A stretch of 49,831 nucleotides of DNA from Candidatus Acidiferrales bacterium (GCA_035482455.1 DATHQS010000221.1:1-49831); one strand, 5' to 3'; numbered from the stretch's first letter, positions 31,348 to 40,838 are shown. Numbers and translations are program-made. Notes: generated from the sequence alone by a model not told the origin.

Positions 31348-32325
31348 CTATCGGCGCGCCCGGAAAAAGACGCTATTAGTCGGAGTGAAGCTGTAAGGGG
31401 ATGAAACTTGCGGGTTCACATCCTGCCAATGGACCAAATCCGTGCTTTGCTGGAGTATGCCCTCGCAGGTGAGTTGCACTTGTGAGCCGGCCTTCACAAT
31501 GCCGACCGTCGGCGGAAGCGCGGACGTGATGTTCGCCAAATTGCTGAGGGTCAGGGTAAAGTTTGAACCACACGTGTGACGCTGGGCTTGAAAGATGTCC
31601 ACAGTAACCGTCTGTCCGTAGGAGAGTCCCAGCGCCACCATCGCAGCGGATAATGCAGACCAGGTGCCAGTAATCGGGCTGTGATCGCCACCGAGATCAA
31701 TCACCAGGGTACCGTTAATAAAAATCCAGATGTCATTGCCGCCGGTGACGGTGATGGTCGCGGAGCTGTTGTTGAGTTTCGTGGTGAACTTGATGTGCGT
31801 GGCGAAACAGAAATTATGCGGACCGCTTAAGTCGCAGGCAGAGTCGCCTTGAGACCCGTCCGAATTGAAGCCCTGGCCATCGAGCGGAAAGAAATCGATG
31901 CCGGAAGACTGGAAGACGCCCACGCTGGTATTGGTCAGCGTCAACGTGCCCGGAACATAAACATTGGTGCCCGGAGTCGTTTGATACCACTGGGCGAACG
32001 AAGCCGCGCTGGTGATCTGCGTTGTGGACGCGGTGCCGGTCGAAGATGCAAATATCGGCAATCCATTCGCACCCAGATTGTTTTGCACCAGGCCATCGGC
32101 CACCCCGGTGCTGCTAACATAAGCATCAAAGTCCGGATGGCCGGCTCCGGCATGACCACCGTAAGTGCCCGGCGCGGTGCCAGAGTAAAGAAAGTCCCAA
32201 TAATCAACCTGGAGATTGATGGTGCTTTGGGCGAAGCCGGCCGTGGCCTTGAGCAGAAGCAGCATGGCGATGAAATAATTCCGGCAGGAATTTGCTTTTG
32301 TGCGGACGAAGCAATGAAATTTCAT
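31348..32325 (-). CDS. Secreted fibro-slime (PA14-like) domain protein
   Basis: FFPLDGQGFNSDG...PHNFCFATHIKFTTKL...GGNDIWIFINGTLVIDLGGDHS matches the fibro-slime signature. Hydrophobic N-terminus. C-terminal module LQQSTDLVHWQDV...VFFRARR. Confidence 0.7.
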   Translation of the reverse strand: MKFHCFVRTKANSCRNYFIAMLLLLKATAGFAQSTINLQVDYWDFLYSGTAPGTYGGHAGAGHPDFDAYVSSTGVADGLVQNNLGANGLPIFASSTGTASTTQITSAASFAQWYQTTPGTNVYVPGTLTLTNTSVGVFQSSGIDFFPLDGQGFNSDGSQGDSACDLSGPHNFCFATHIKFTTKLNNSSATITVTGGNDIWIFINGTLVIDLGGDHSPITGTWSALSAAMVALGLSYGQTVTVDIFQAQRHTCGSNFTLTLSNLANITSALPPTVGIVKAGSQVQLTCEGILQQSTDLVHWQDVNPQVSSPYSFTPTNSVFFRARR

Positions 32326-32340
32326 TACATGCTAATACCA

Positions 32341-32731
32341 GAGAGCGGTCAAGAATGTCAAAGTATTGGTGCAGGAAAATGTTCGCTGCGAGGTTATTGG
32401 AGCCCTTCGCACGGTCTTGCGGTGCGTCGTATTCCACGACCGTTGCCTCAACGAGTTGATCCATTCGCCTGGCCACGGCCTCGTGCAACCGCTGCAAGCA
32501 ATCCATCCGGTATTCCTTGCTGCTTTGCGAAAAGGTGTTGAAGGCCTCTTTCGCAGCACCGATGGCTTTTCGGGTGTCGATTTCGTCTGCCATGGTGACC
32601 TTGCCGATAACCTTGTTGTCGGTCGGGTTCACCAGATCGACGACCCGGGTTCCATGGGGAATGACGAACTGGCCATTGATATAGGCGCGATTAAAGGCCC
32701 TTACTGGAGTCGTGGTTTCATGTGTTTTCAT
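32341..32731 (-). pseudogene. 5' remnant (about 130 codons) of an aldehyde dehydrogenase gene
   Basis: MKTHETTTPVRAFNRAYINGQFVIPHGTRVVDLVNPTDNKVIGKVTMADEIDTRKAIGAAKEAFNTFSQSSKEYRMDCLQRLHEAVARRMDQLVEATVVEYDAPQDRA... has ALDH N-terminal architecture (INGxxV..NP....a..D...Ai.AAk.AF). Full-length ALDHs are about 480 aa. Here the frame degenerates and runs into the start of the fibro-slime gene. Confidence 0.65.
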
Positions 32732-33210
32732 TTGTGTCACCTTTCACGGGGTTTCGGCTTTACCAAGGTCGCTGTGTCTCTCAGGACCCCGGTTCACGAT
32801 TTCAGTATTGCTCAAAAGCTGGTTGGCGTAACTAGCAAAAGACGCCAATGCTCTTGCAGAACGCGCCAAACGGTTTATTGCCGCAAACGGCTGGTTGCAG
32901 AAAAGGGCAGTAAACCGAGATGGGAAAACGACCCGTCAGGTCGTTGATTGCCAAAAACCCAATTTTTTTTGAATTTTCGGCCGCTTTTTGGCGTGGGCTG
33001 TTAAATGCAAGTTGCTGGTTGAAAGTTATTAGCAGAAGCGTTTTACGTTTTTTGGGTCAGGAGGCATTCCCACTCCCGAAAAAAGAAAATAAATGGCATA
33101 AATCTGCATTCTACATTCCCGGGAGAAATTCAACTTTCAGACATCTGTGATTTAATCGGGGTGTGAGACGCGAATTGTACATATGGTGCGAACGGAAAAG
33201 CGCGAGGTGG

Positions 33211-33253
33211 AAATGACTAATGACTAAAACCTAATGTCTAATGAATGACGAAG
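33211..33253 (+). repeat. Second copy of the ATGAC-word repeat
   Basis: atgactaatgactaaaacctaatgtctaatgaatgacgaag aligns with 21937..21977 (atgactaaggacgaagacctaatgactaatgaatgacgaag). Confidence 0.7.
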
Positions 33254-34055
33254 TACTAGCGTACGGCCACCAGATGCCGAATGGAGCGGGCGGGGGTCAA
33301 ACAGGCTGTGGACGACCTGGATTCGACCGTGACTCTGGTGCCCGCTGCGCGGGGTCCGATGCCGGGCAGGCGATCATGGGGCAAGGACCGTCAGGCTTCG
33401 TTGGGCTTTGTTGGGCTTTGTTGGACCATAAAAGTTTTGGCGTACGGGCCTGCATGGGATCTGGGATCTTCCGCTTTCGCCAAGGCTACAGCGCGACAGG
33501 GGCGTCTGGGGTCTGGGCGAAGAAGTCAGAGTCTCCTTACGTCGTCTCCTACAAATCGAAGCGGACGGTTCAGCTTGGGGACGGCTTGGGCAATTTATCC
33601 ATCACGGAGGGAAGTTGGAGCCGACTCATCCCGCGCTGCGGGACTGCTACGAATTATGGAGCGCTGGCGCGGTGCGAGCCGCACTGGCAGGCGCTCCACC
33701 GGTTTCAACCCGTTTCAACCGATTTCAACTGGTTTAAACCGATTTAAACCTACTTTTAAAAAAATTATGAAAACAGGCACTAGCGTACGGCCATCCGTCC
33801 CGCTCCGAGCGGGACTACGCCGCGACAGGCCAGATCGAAGATGGAACCGGCTCGCGGGGACGCTCGCCCCACCTGCCCAAACCTGTTTCTCCGGGTTAAT
33901 CCGACCTAATCCGACCTAAAAAATTTAAAAGTACTGGCGTACGGCCACCAATGCAGAATGAAAAATAAAACGGATAAGGCCTCCTCTCTCCGGCTCTCTC
34001 CTCGTCGAGGAGAGAGGGCATATATTGCGTCGCGGGGTACTTGCGTACGGCCACC
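33253..34055 (+). repeat. Array of five same-orientation copies of the 19-mer GTACTNGCGTACGGCCACC, each preceded by a variable micro-repeat/hairpin module and an A/T-rich spacer
   Basis: Copies at 33253..33271, 33434..33450 (degenerate), 33776..33794, 33931..33949 and 34037..34055. Upstream modules: ATGAC words; (ctttgttggg)x2.5 at 33396..33425; five decamers at 33701..33750; (taatccgacc)x2 at 33897..33920; palindrome ctctctcctcg-t-cgaggagagag near 33996..34020. Confidence 0.7.
33701..33750 (+). repeat. Five tandem decamers ggtttcaacc/cgtttcaacc/gatttcaact/ggtttaaacc/gatttaaacc
   Basis: Read directly from the sequence. Confidence 0.9.
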
Positions 34056-34312
34056 ATCACGTCGGCTGCTACGAATCAAGGGGTGCTGGGCACAGCTCAC
34101 GTTCGTCCATATTCGGCGATATTCGCCCATTCCGGAGAAAAAAATTATTTTTAATCACGGAGCATACTACCAGCCACCCGGAAACGGCCAACCCGCCGGC
34201 AGGATGCCGGCGCTCCAGTCTGAAGCGGAAAGCAGCACTGCGCCATGCTTGCACGGTGGGAAACCGGCTGTTAGCCTGCGCGGGTCAAAGCACGGTCAAC
34301 CCCCTCCAATCC

Positions 34313-35083
34313 ATGGTTCACGTTGAAGGTCTTACCAAGCTTTACGGCGAGTTCACCGCCGTGAACGATCTCTCCTTTTCCATCCAGCCCGGCGAAGTCG
34401 TCGGCCTGGTGGGCCCGAACGGCGCGGGCAAGACGACCACGTTGCGCTGCCTGGCGGGCATCATCCCGCCCTCGCGCGGCACCATCCGCGTGGCCGGCCA
34501 TGACCTCAAAACCGACGCGCTGGCGGCGAAACGGCAGCTCGCCTTTTTGACGGATGAACCGCGCCTGTTCGATTATCTCACGGTCTGGCAGCACCTGAAT
34601 TTTGTCGCGCGCATCTACCAAGTCGCCGATTACGAAAAGATCGGCGCCACCCTGCTCGAGGAACTGGAGCTGGCCGGCAAGCGCGACGCCCTGCCCGGCG
34701 AACTCTCGCGCGGCATGAAACAAAAGCTGGTCATCGCCTGCGGCCTGCTGCATTCGCCCAAGGTCATCTATTTCGACGAGCCGCTGACGGGCCTGGATCC
34801 CTATGGCATCCGGAAGATGAAGGATTCCATCCTGAAGCGCGCCCACGACGGCGCGGCGATCATCATCAGCTCGCACCTGCTGCACCTGGTCCAGGAAATC
34901 TGCTCGCGGCTGTTGATCCTGAAAAACGGGCGGAAGATCGCGGACGGGACGCTGGCCGAGGTGACGCGGCAATTTTCCGGGCAGACCGGCGATGCCAGCC
35001 TGGAGGAAATCTTCTTCCGCGCCACCACCGATGCCGGCACGCCGCCGCCCCCACCGCCGGTGCTGCCCGCCGCCAGACCATGA
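34313..35083 (+). CDS. ABC transporter ATP-binding protein
   Basis: From ATG 34313: MVHVEGLTKLYGEFTAVNDLSF, GPNGAGKTT, LSRGMKQKLVIA, VIYFDEPLTGLD. Stop overlaps the next ATG (ATGA). The track ORF from 34025 extends into the repeat region. Confidence 0.9.
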   Translation: MVHVEGLTKLYGEFTAVNDLSFSIQPGEVVGLVGPNGAGKTTTLRCLAGIIPPSRGTIRVAGHDLKTDALAAKRQLAFLTDEPRLFDYLTVWQHLNFVARIYQVADYEKIGATLLEELELAGKRDALPGELSRGMKQKLVIACGLLHSPKVIYFDEPLTGLDPYGIRKMKDSILKRAHDGAAIIISSHLLHLVQEICSRLLILKNGRKIADGTLAEVTRQFSGQTGDASLEEIFFRATTDAGTPPPPPPVLPAARP

Positions 35084-36819
35084 TCGCCGCGCTCTTTTAT
35101 CTGCAGGTGCAATCGACGCGGAACCGGCTGGTCACGCGGTTCAAGCGGCTGAAGCAGCCGAAATACCTCATCGGGGCGGTCGCCGGCGGGCTCTATTTTT
35201 ACTGGTATTTTTACCGGTACCTGTTCGGTGGCAACGGGAGCGGCGTCACGCTGAACGGGACGATTCCGCCGGAATACCTGCCGCTGGTGGAATCGGCGGG
35301 CGCGCTGCTGCTTTTGATCATCGTGGTGTTCGCGTGGCTGATTCCCGGCGACCGCGCGGCGCTGACCTTCACCGAGGCGGAGGTGGCATTCCTGTTTCCG
35401 GCGCCGGTGACCCGCCGGAACCTGGTTCATTTCAAGCTCATCCGCTCACAGCTCCGGATATTTTTCACCGTGTTGCTGCTCACGCTGTTCACCCGCCGCT
35501 TTGGCGGCAACGCGTGGATCCACGCGCTGGGCTGGTGGCTGATCCTCTCGACCTTGAGCCTGCATTTTCTCGGCGCCTCCTTCACGCGGACATTGCTGCT
35601 GGACCGCGGCATTTCCAACGGGCGAAGGCGGCTGGTCGTGTTCGCACTAGTCGCCGGCCTGGTGGCCGTCGTCTGGCTGTGGGTCAGGCGGACGCTGCCG
35701 GCCCCGACCACGGCCGACACCGCCGATTTCAAGGCCTTTGCCGATTATGCGCAACAGGTGCTGAACACCGGCCCGGCGCTTTATCTGCTATATCCCTTTC
35801 ATCTGCTGGCGCGGCCTTTTCTGGCCCCGGACGCGACCGCTTTTTTAATGGTGATCGGCCCCGCCCTGCTGCTGCTGGTACTGCATTACATCTGGGTGGC
35901 AGGCTCGGACGTGGCGTTTGAGGAAGCCTCGCTGGAAGCCTCGCAAAAACTCGCCGTGCGCCTCGCCGCCGTGCGCTCCGGGAACTGGCAGGCGGCCGGA
36001 AAAACCCTGAAACCGAAACGCGCGTGGTTCAAGCTGACGCCTGCAGGGCCGGCGGCGGTGGCATTGCTCTGGAAAAACCTCATCGGCGTGGGCCGGATCT
36101 TCACGCCGCGCCTGTGGATCTTTGTGGCGGTCATCCTGGTGGCCTGCTTCGCCGGCTTTGGCGGCTCCACCCATGCGCAGGGTCTTTCCACCATCGTCGT
36201 GATGATGATCGGGCTGGTGCTGGGCTATTCGCTGCTGCTGGGTCCGCAATTGTTGCGCGCTGATTTTCGCAACGACCTGCCGATGGCGGATGTCTTGAAA
36301 ACCTTCCCGCTGCGGGGCTGGCAGATCGCGCTGGGGGAAATCCTCGCGCCGGTCGCGGTGCTGGCCAGCTGCCAGTGGCTGCTGCTGCTGTTCGGTTTTG
36401 CGGTCGTGATCTTCATGCCGGTCAAACAGGAACCGCTGGTCGTGGCCATCGGCATCAGCGCGGCGTGCCTGCTGCCGGTGCTGGATTTTCTGCTGTTGCT
36501 CATCCCGAACGCCGCCGTCCTGCTGTTTCCCGCCTGGGTGCAAACGGGCAAGGAGGCGTCCCGCGGCATCGAGGCCACCGGCCAGCGCCTGATCATGGCC
36601 ATCGGGCAGCTGCTGGCACTGGTGGTGGCGCTGGTGCCGGCCGCGCTGGTGTTTTTGGCCGTTTATTTTCCGCTCAAAATGGCTTTTGGCCCCATCGTGC
36701 CGGTGCCGTTCGCAGCGCTGGCGGCGTCGCTGGTGGTGGCGGCGGAGGCCGCGTTGGGCGTGATATTGCTGGGCAGTTTTTTTGAGCGGTTTGATGTGAC
36801 GGAGGAAACGACGAGATGA
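35080..36819 (+). CDS. Polytopic membrane protein, 'putative ABC exporter' family partner of the ATPase
   Basis: 579 aa. N-terminus [44 protein letters not shown] is typical of that family as I recall it. At least 10 hydrophobic segments. Translationally coupled to the ATPase gene. Confidence 0.7.
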   Translation: MIAALFYLQVQSTRNRLVTRFKRLKQPKYLIGAVAGGLYFYWYFYRYLFGGNGSGVTLNGTIPPEYLPLVESAGALLLLIIVVFAWLIPGDRAALTFTEAEVAFLFPAPVTRRNLVHFKLIRSQLRIFFTVLLLTLFTRRFGGNAWIHALGWWLILSTLSLHFLGASFTRTLLLDRGISNGRRRLVVFALVAGLVAVVWLWVRRTLPAPTTADTADFKAFADYAQQVLNTGPALYLLYPFHLLARPFLAPDATAFLMVIGPALLLLVLHYIWVAGSDVAFEEASLEASQKLAVRLAAVRSGNWQAAGKTLKPKRAWFKLTPAGPAAVALLWKNLIGVGRIFTPRLWIFVAVILVACFAGFGGSTHAQGLSTIVVMMIGLVLGYSLLLGPQLLRADFRNDLPMADVLKTFPLRGWQIALGEILAPVAVLASCQWLLLLFGFAVVIFMPVKQEPLVVAIGISAACLLPVLDFLLLLIPNAAVLLFPAWVQTGKEASRGIEATGQRLIMAIGQLLALVVALVPAALVFLAVYFPLKMAFGPIVPVPFAALAASLVVAAEAALGVILLGSFFERFDVTEETTR

Positions 36820-36889
36820 GATCAACCCTGCCGTTCCGGACTTGCGCGGGCGCAAACGCAACAACTATACTGGCGCTTCAAACTTTTTT

Positions 36890-37885
36890 ATGAATAAGAC
36901 TCCCATTCGTGTCGCTGTGACCGGTGCCGCCGGTCAAATCGGTTATTCACTCCTGTTCCGCATCGCCTCCGGCGCGGCGTTCGGCCCCGACCAGCCGGTG
37001 ATCCTGCACCTCATCGAAATTCCCGATGAAAAAGCCATGGCCGCGCTGCAGGGCGTGTGCATGGAGCTCGATGATTGCGCGTTTCCGCTGCTCAAGGGCA
37101 TCGTGCCGACCTCCAGCCTTGATGAAGGTTTCAAGGGCGTGAACTGGGCGCTGCTCGTCGGCGCAGTTCCCCGCAAGCAGGGCATGGAACGCAAGGACCT
37201 GCTGGGCATCAACGGCAAGATCTTCACCGGCCAGGGCAACGCCATCGCCAAGAACGGCGCGGCGGACGTCCGCGTGCTGGTCGTCGGCAACCCGTGCAAC
37301 ACCAACGCGCTCATCTGCGCAAACAACGCGCCGGGCGTGCCGAAGGACCGTTTCTTCGCCATGACCGCGCTCGACGAGAACCGCGCGAAGTCGCAGATCG
37401 CCAAAAAGGCCAGCGTGGATGTCACCGCCGTCACCAACCTCGCCATCTGGGGCAATCACAGCGCCACGATGTATCCGGATTTCTACAACACCAAGATCAA
37501 CGGCCGCCTGGTGCCGGATGTCATCAGCCACCGCGAATGGCTGGAGAAGGATTTCATCGCCACCGTGCAGCAGCGCGGCGCGGCCATCATCAAGGCGCGC
37601 GGCCTGAGCAGCGCGGCGAGCGCGGCCAACGCCGCGGTGGACACCGTCCGCCGGATCGTCACGCCCACGGCGCCGGGCGACTGGTTCAGCGTGGCGCTGC
37701 ATTCCGACGGCAGCTACGACATCGAGAAGGGCCTGATCTTCAGCTACCCGATCCGCAGCAACGGCAAGGGGCTGGAGATCGTGCAGGGCGTGCCGCTGAA
37801 CGATTTCAGCAAGGCCAAGATCACCGCGACGGAAAACGAATTGAAGGAAGAGAAGTCGCTCGTCGCGGACTTGCTGCCAAAATAA
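36890..37885 (+). CDS. mdh: Malate dehydrogenase (NAD-dependent, type 2)
   Basis: [51 protein letters not shown]. Confidence 0.9.
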   Translation: MNKTPIRVAVTGAAGQIGYSLLFRIASGAAFGPDQPVILHLIEIPDEKAMAALQGVCMELDDCAFPLLKGIVPTSSLDEGFKGVNWALLVGAVPRKQGMERKDLLGINGKIFTGQGNAIAKNGAADVRVLVVGNPCNTNALICANNAPGVPKDRFFAMTALDENRAKSQIAKKASVDVTAVTNLAIWGNHSATMYPDFYNTKINGRLVPDVISHREWLEKDFIATVQQRGAAIIKARGLSSAASAANAAVDTVRRIVTPTAPGDWFSVALHSDGSYDIEKGLIFSYPIRSNGKGLEIVQGVPLNDFSKAKITATENELKEEKSLVADLLPK

Positions 37886-37893
37886 AAGGGTTT

Positions 37894-37999
37894 TTAACGC
37901 AAAGGCGCAGAGATGCAAAGACGCAAAGGACTTTCATCTCTGCGCCATTTTGTTTTTTAAACCGCTTGGCGACTTTGCCCCTTTGCGTCTTTGCGTTAA
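37894..37999. terminator. mdh terminator embedded in a nested CGCAAAG/CGCAGAG-word palindromic element
   Basis: GGCGCAGAGATG (37904..37915) / CATCTCTGCGCC (37935..37946) followed by ATTTTGTTTTTT. Outer pairs gcaaagacgcaaagg (37915..37929) / cctttgcgtctttgc (37980..37994) and ttaacgcaaag (37894..37904) / ctttgcgttaa (37989..37999). Confidence 0.65.
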
Positions 38000-38009
38000 A
38001 TTCTAAATA

Positions 38010-38405
38010 ATGAAATCACGCCCCAGGATCGGTGAAACTGGCGAACTGGCCGTTCCTACGGACATGACGCATGCCGTGGAATTTGCTGGCGACGGCATGC
38101 CCGCCGTGGTGTCCACGCCAAACATCATCCAGTTTCTGGAACGCACCGCGCGCCACACACTCGCACCGCATCTGGAAGCGGACGAACGTTCCGTGGGACT
38201 GGAGATCGACATCCGCCATCTGGCGCCGACACCCGTCGGCCAGACTATCCACTGCACCGCCCGTGTGATTTCCGTGGAGGGCAGCAAGGTGCAATTCCAG
38301 ATAGAGGCGCGGGATGCGCAGGAAGTGATTGTGCGCGGATTGCACAAGCGCGCGGTCATTCGCACGGAAAGTTTTGCGAAGCGGGTGAAGGCGAAGGGGG
38401 GTTGA
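38010..38405 (+). CDS. Hotdog-fold thioesterase (FlK-like family)
   Basis: VVSTPNIIQFLERTARHTLAPHLEADERSVGLEIDIRHLAPTPVGQTIHCTARVISVEGSKVQFQIEARDAQEVIVRGLHKRAVI parallels the fluoroacetyl-CoA-thioesterase-like layout. Confidence 0.7.
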   Translation: MKSRPRIGETGELAVPTDMTHAVEFAGDGMPAVVSTPNIIQFLERTARHTLAPHLEADERSVGLEIDIRHLAPTPVGQTIHCTARVISVEGSKVQFQIEARDAQEVIVRGLHKRAVIRTESFAKRVKAKGG

Positions 38406-38464
38406 TTTGCACTTTATGGCAATTTCATTTTCTTCCAACCCGCTTTTGTTAGTCTTGCGAACGT

Positions 38465-40006
38465 ATGGCCTTTGATTCCTTTCGCGATTTCGTCAATGCC
38501 TTGGACAAGGCGGGCGAACTGAAACGCTTTTCGCAGCCGGTCGCCACCGAGCTGGAGATCACCGAGATCGCCGACCGCGAGATGAAGCTGCCGGGCGGCG
38601 GCAAGGCGCTGCTGTTCGAGAAGCCCACGGTCAACGGCGTGGTCTCGCCGTTTCCGGTGGCCATCAACACGCTCGGCTCGCACAAGCGCATGGCCATGAG
38701 CATGAATGCGGAGTCCGTGGACGCCGTGGCGAACGAGCTGGGCGCGCTGATGAAGGCCAAGCCGCCGACGAGTTTCAAGGAGGCCATCAAGCTGCTCTCG
38801 CTCGCGCTGGACCTGCGCCATGCCAAGCCGAAGTCCGTGAAGACGGGGGCGTGCAAAGACGTCATCCACTTAGTCCAAAGTCCGACGTCTAAAGTCCAAA
38901 GCTGGCCCGCCGCGCCCGACGTGAATCAACTTTCAACCTTCAACATTCAACCTCCAACTCTGCTGAATCTGCCGATTCTGCGTTGCTGGCCGTTGGATGG
39001 CGGACGGTTTATCACCCTGCCCTGCGTTGTCACGCGCGATCCGGATACCGGCGAGCGCAATCTGGGCATGTATCGCATCCAGATCTACGACGACAAGACA
39101 ACCGGGATGCACTGGCAGTTGCAGAAGGTCGCCGCGCGGCATGGACGGCGATATTACGAAAAGGGCGAGCGGATGCCGGTGGCCATCTTCATCGGCGGCG
39201 ACCCGATGTTTCCGTTTGCGGCGACGGCGCCGATGCCGGACGGATTGGATGAATTTTTGCTCGCCGGTTATCTCCGCAAAAAATCCGTGGAGATGATTAA
39301 ATGCGAGACGAATGACTTGGAAGTTCCCGCCAATGCCGATTTCGTCATCGAAGGCTACATCGACCCGACCGAGCCGTTGCGCGACGAGGGGCCGTTCGGG
39401 GATCACACGGGCTATTACACCTTGCCGGAGCCGTACCCGGTGTTTCACATCACGGCCATCACACACCGCAAGGACGCGGTGTATCCGGCGACGATCGTGG
39501 GCATCCCGCCGATGGAGGATTTTTACATCGGTGGCGCGTCCGTAAAATTGTTCCTGCCCATCTTCAAGATGAACTTTCCGGAGATCGTGGACATCGCCCT
39601 GCCGGCGGAGGGCGTGTTCCACAACCTGGTGTTCGTGAGCATCAAGAAGACCTACCCGATGCAGGCGTACAAGATCATGCACGGCCTGTGGGGCATGGGG
39701 CAGATGATGTTCACGAAATACATCGTGGTGGTGGATGCGGACGTGAACGTGCACAACACGAGCGAGGTGCTGTTCCATCTCACCGCGAACACCGACCCGC
39801 AACGCGACAGCATCTTCACCAAAGGCCCATCCGACGTGCTGGACCACGCGACGAGCGAGATCGCCATCGGCAGCAAGCTGGGAATTGACGCGACGAAGAA
39901 ACTGCCCGGCGAAGGTTTCAAACGGGCGTGGCCGCCATTGATCAAGATGGATGCGGCGGTGAAGGCGAAAATCGACGGGCTGTTCAATCCGCAAAAAGGC
40001 GGATAG
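38465..40006 (+). CDS. UbiD-family (prenyl-FMN-dependent) decarboxylase
   Basis: FRDFVNALDKAGELKRF, LPILRCWPLDGGRFITLP, NLGMYRIQIYDDKTTGMHWQLQK, EGPFGDHTGYY, WGMGQMMFTKYIVVVD. Confidence 0.9.
   Translation: MAFDSFRDFVNALDKAGELKRFSQPVATELEITEIADREMKLPGGGKALLFEKPTVNGVVSPFPVAINTLGSHKRMAMSMNAESVDAVANELGALMKAKPPTSFKEAIKLLSLALDLRHAKPKSVKTGACKDVIHLVQSPTSKVQSWPAAPDVNQLSTFNIQPPTLLNLPILRCWPLDGGRFITLPCVVTRDPDTGERNLGMYRIQIYDDKTTGMHWQLQKVAARHGRRYYEKGERMPVAIFIGGDPMFPFAATAPMPDGLDEFLLAGYLRKKSVEMIKCETNDLEVPANADFVIEGYIDPTEPLRDEGPFGDHTGYYTLPEPYPVFHITAITHRKDAVYPATIVGIPPMEDFYIGGASVKLFLPIFKMNFPEIVDIALPAEGVFHNLVFVSIKKTYPMQAYKIMHGLWGMGQMMFTKYIVVVDADVNVHNTSEVLFHLTANTDPQRDSIFTKGPSDVLDHATSEIAIGSKLGIDATKKLPGEGFKRAWPPLIKMDAAVKAKIDGLFNPQKGG
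38869..38958 (+). repeat. In-frame block of intergenic-type micro-repeats inside the UbiD-family gene
   Basis: cttagtccaaagtccgacgtctaaagtccaaag...tcaactttcaaccttcaacattcaacctccaac (heptamer TTCAACN x4.5, 38926..38958) encodes LVQSPTSKVQSWPAAPDVNQLSTFNIQPPT. It sits between the conserved GACKDVIH and LLNLPILRCWP blocks, where UbiD homologues I recall have only about 10-15 residues. Confidence 0.55.
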
Positions 40007-40012
40007 GCGACA

Positions 40013-40786
40013 ATGTTGCCGCGCGATCCAGACTGGCAAATGACCGTGCTCTATCTGCTCGCGCTGGCGGTGATGGGATTCGGGCTGAAGCTGGTCGCGA
40101 TGCTCCTGCCAGCGCCGACACCAGCGGACCGGCGACACGTGTTCTGGTTGCTGCTGTCGCCGACCACCCTTAGGCGTTTACGACCGGTAGCGGCTTTCCT
40201 CCCGCTTCTGTCACGAACGGCAGCCTTGGGCGGCGCGCTCGTTTTGAGCTACTGGATCTATTGGCAGCTGGTTCAGATCGCGCACATGCCCGAAATTTTC
40301 CAAAGCTACTGCGCCCTGCCAATCCTCCTGCTGGTAAGCGAAACGCTCGTGGCGTTTATGACGTTGGTCTGGTTGCCCAGCGGCCAACTGTTTCCTGCGA
40401 TTCATAATCGCCCGTGGCGGGCACGGAGTGTCGCGGATTTTTGGAGCAACCGGTGGAATCTATGGGTCAGCGACTGGTTTCGTTACGCCATTTTTCAACG
40501 GCTGCGTTCCCGACCGGTGTTTGCCCTTGTGTTGGCGTTCGCCATTTCCGGCCTCCTGCACGAATGGGTCATCAACGTGCCGCTTTACTTCGTCACCGGC
40601 AGGGTGCTCTTTGGCTCGATGATGGTTTATTTTCTCGTCCAGGCCGCCGGCATTTTGTTTGAACGTCGCTTCTTGCGGGGGCATGCTCGCGCAATGGCCG
40701 TGTTTACGTGGCTGGTGGTGTTGGCGCCCGCTCCATTGGTGCTCAACGAAGGAATGCTTCGGACGTTGCACCTCTGGCGGCAGTAG
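40013..40786 (+). CDS. Membrane-bound O-acyltransferase-like protein (MBOAT_2 / wax-synthase-like)
   Basis: FWSNRWNLWVSDWFRYAIFQRL...LAFAISGLLHEW (conserved His) plus about 7 TM segments. Confidence 0.7.
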   Translation: MLPRDPDWQMTVLYLLALAVMGFGLKLVAMLLPAPTPADRRHVFWLLLSPTTLRRLRPVAAFLPLLSRTAALGGALVLSYWIYWQLVQIAHMPEIFQSYCALPILLLVSETLVAFMTLVWLPSGQLFPAIHNRPWRARSVADFWSNRWNLWVSDWFRYAIFQRLRSRPVFALVLAFAISGLLHEWVINVPLYFVTGRVLFGSMMVYFLVQAAGILFERRFLRGHARAMAVFTWLVVLAPAPLVLNEGMLRTLHLWRQ

Positions 40787-40838
40787 AGCAAGGTTTCTTG
40801 GGCCAACCCCCACCACAGCCATAACCCTAAAACAGTTG

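Noticed and set aside
30976-31379. ORFs 30976..31200(-) and 31176..31379(+) in the 500-bp gap
   Set aside because: Arg-rich, no motifs. The only meaningful coding signal there is the 47-codon pduO remnant in another frame (30915..31058).
33253-34055. CRISPR array hypothesis for the recurring 19-mer
   Set aside because: Spacing is irregular (about 105 to 340 bp), the repeat is only 19 nt with one degenerate copy, the 'spacers' themselves contain repeats, and there are no cas genes in the window.
33241-34326. ORFs 33241..33747, 33281..33919 and 33958..34326 as protein genes
   Set aside because: They overlap each other in different frames, are composed of translated tandem repeats and hairpins, and have no recognisable domains.
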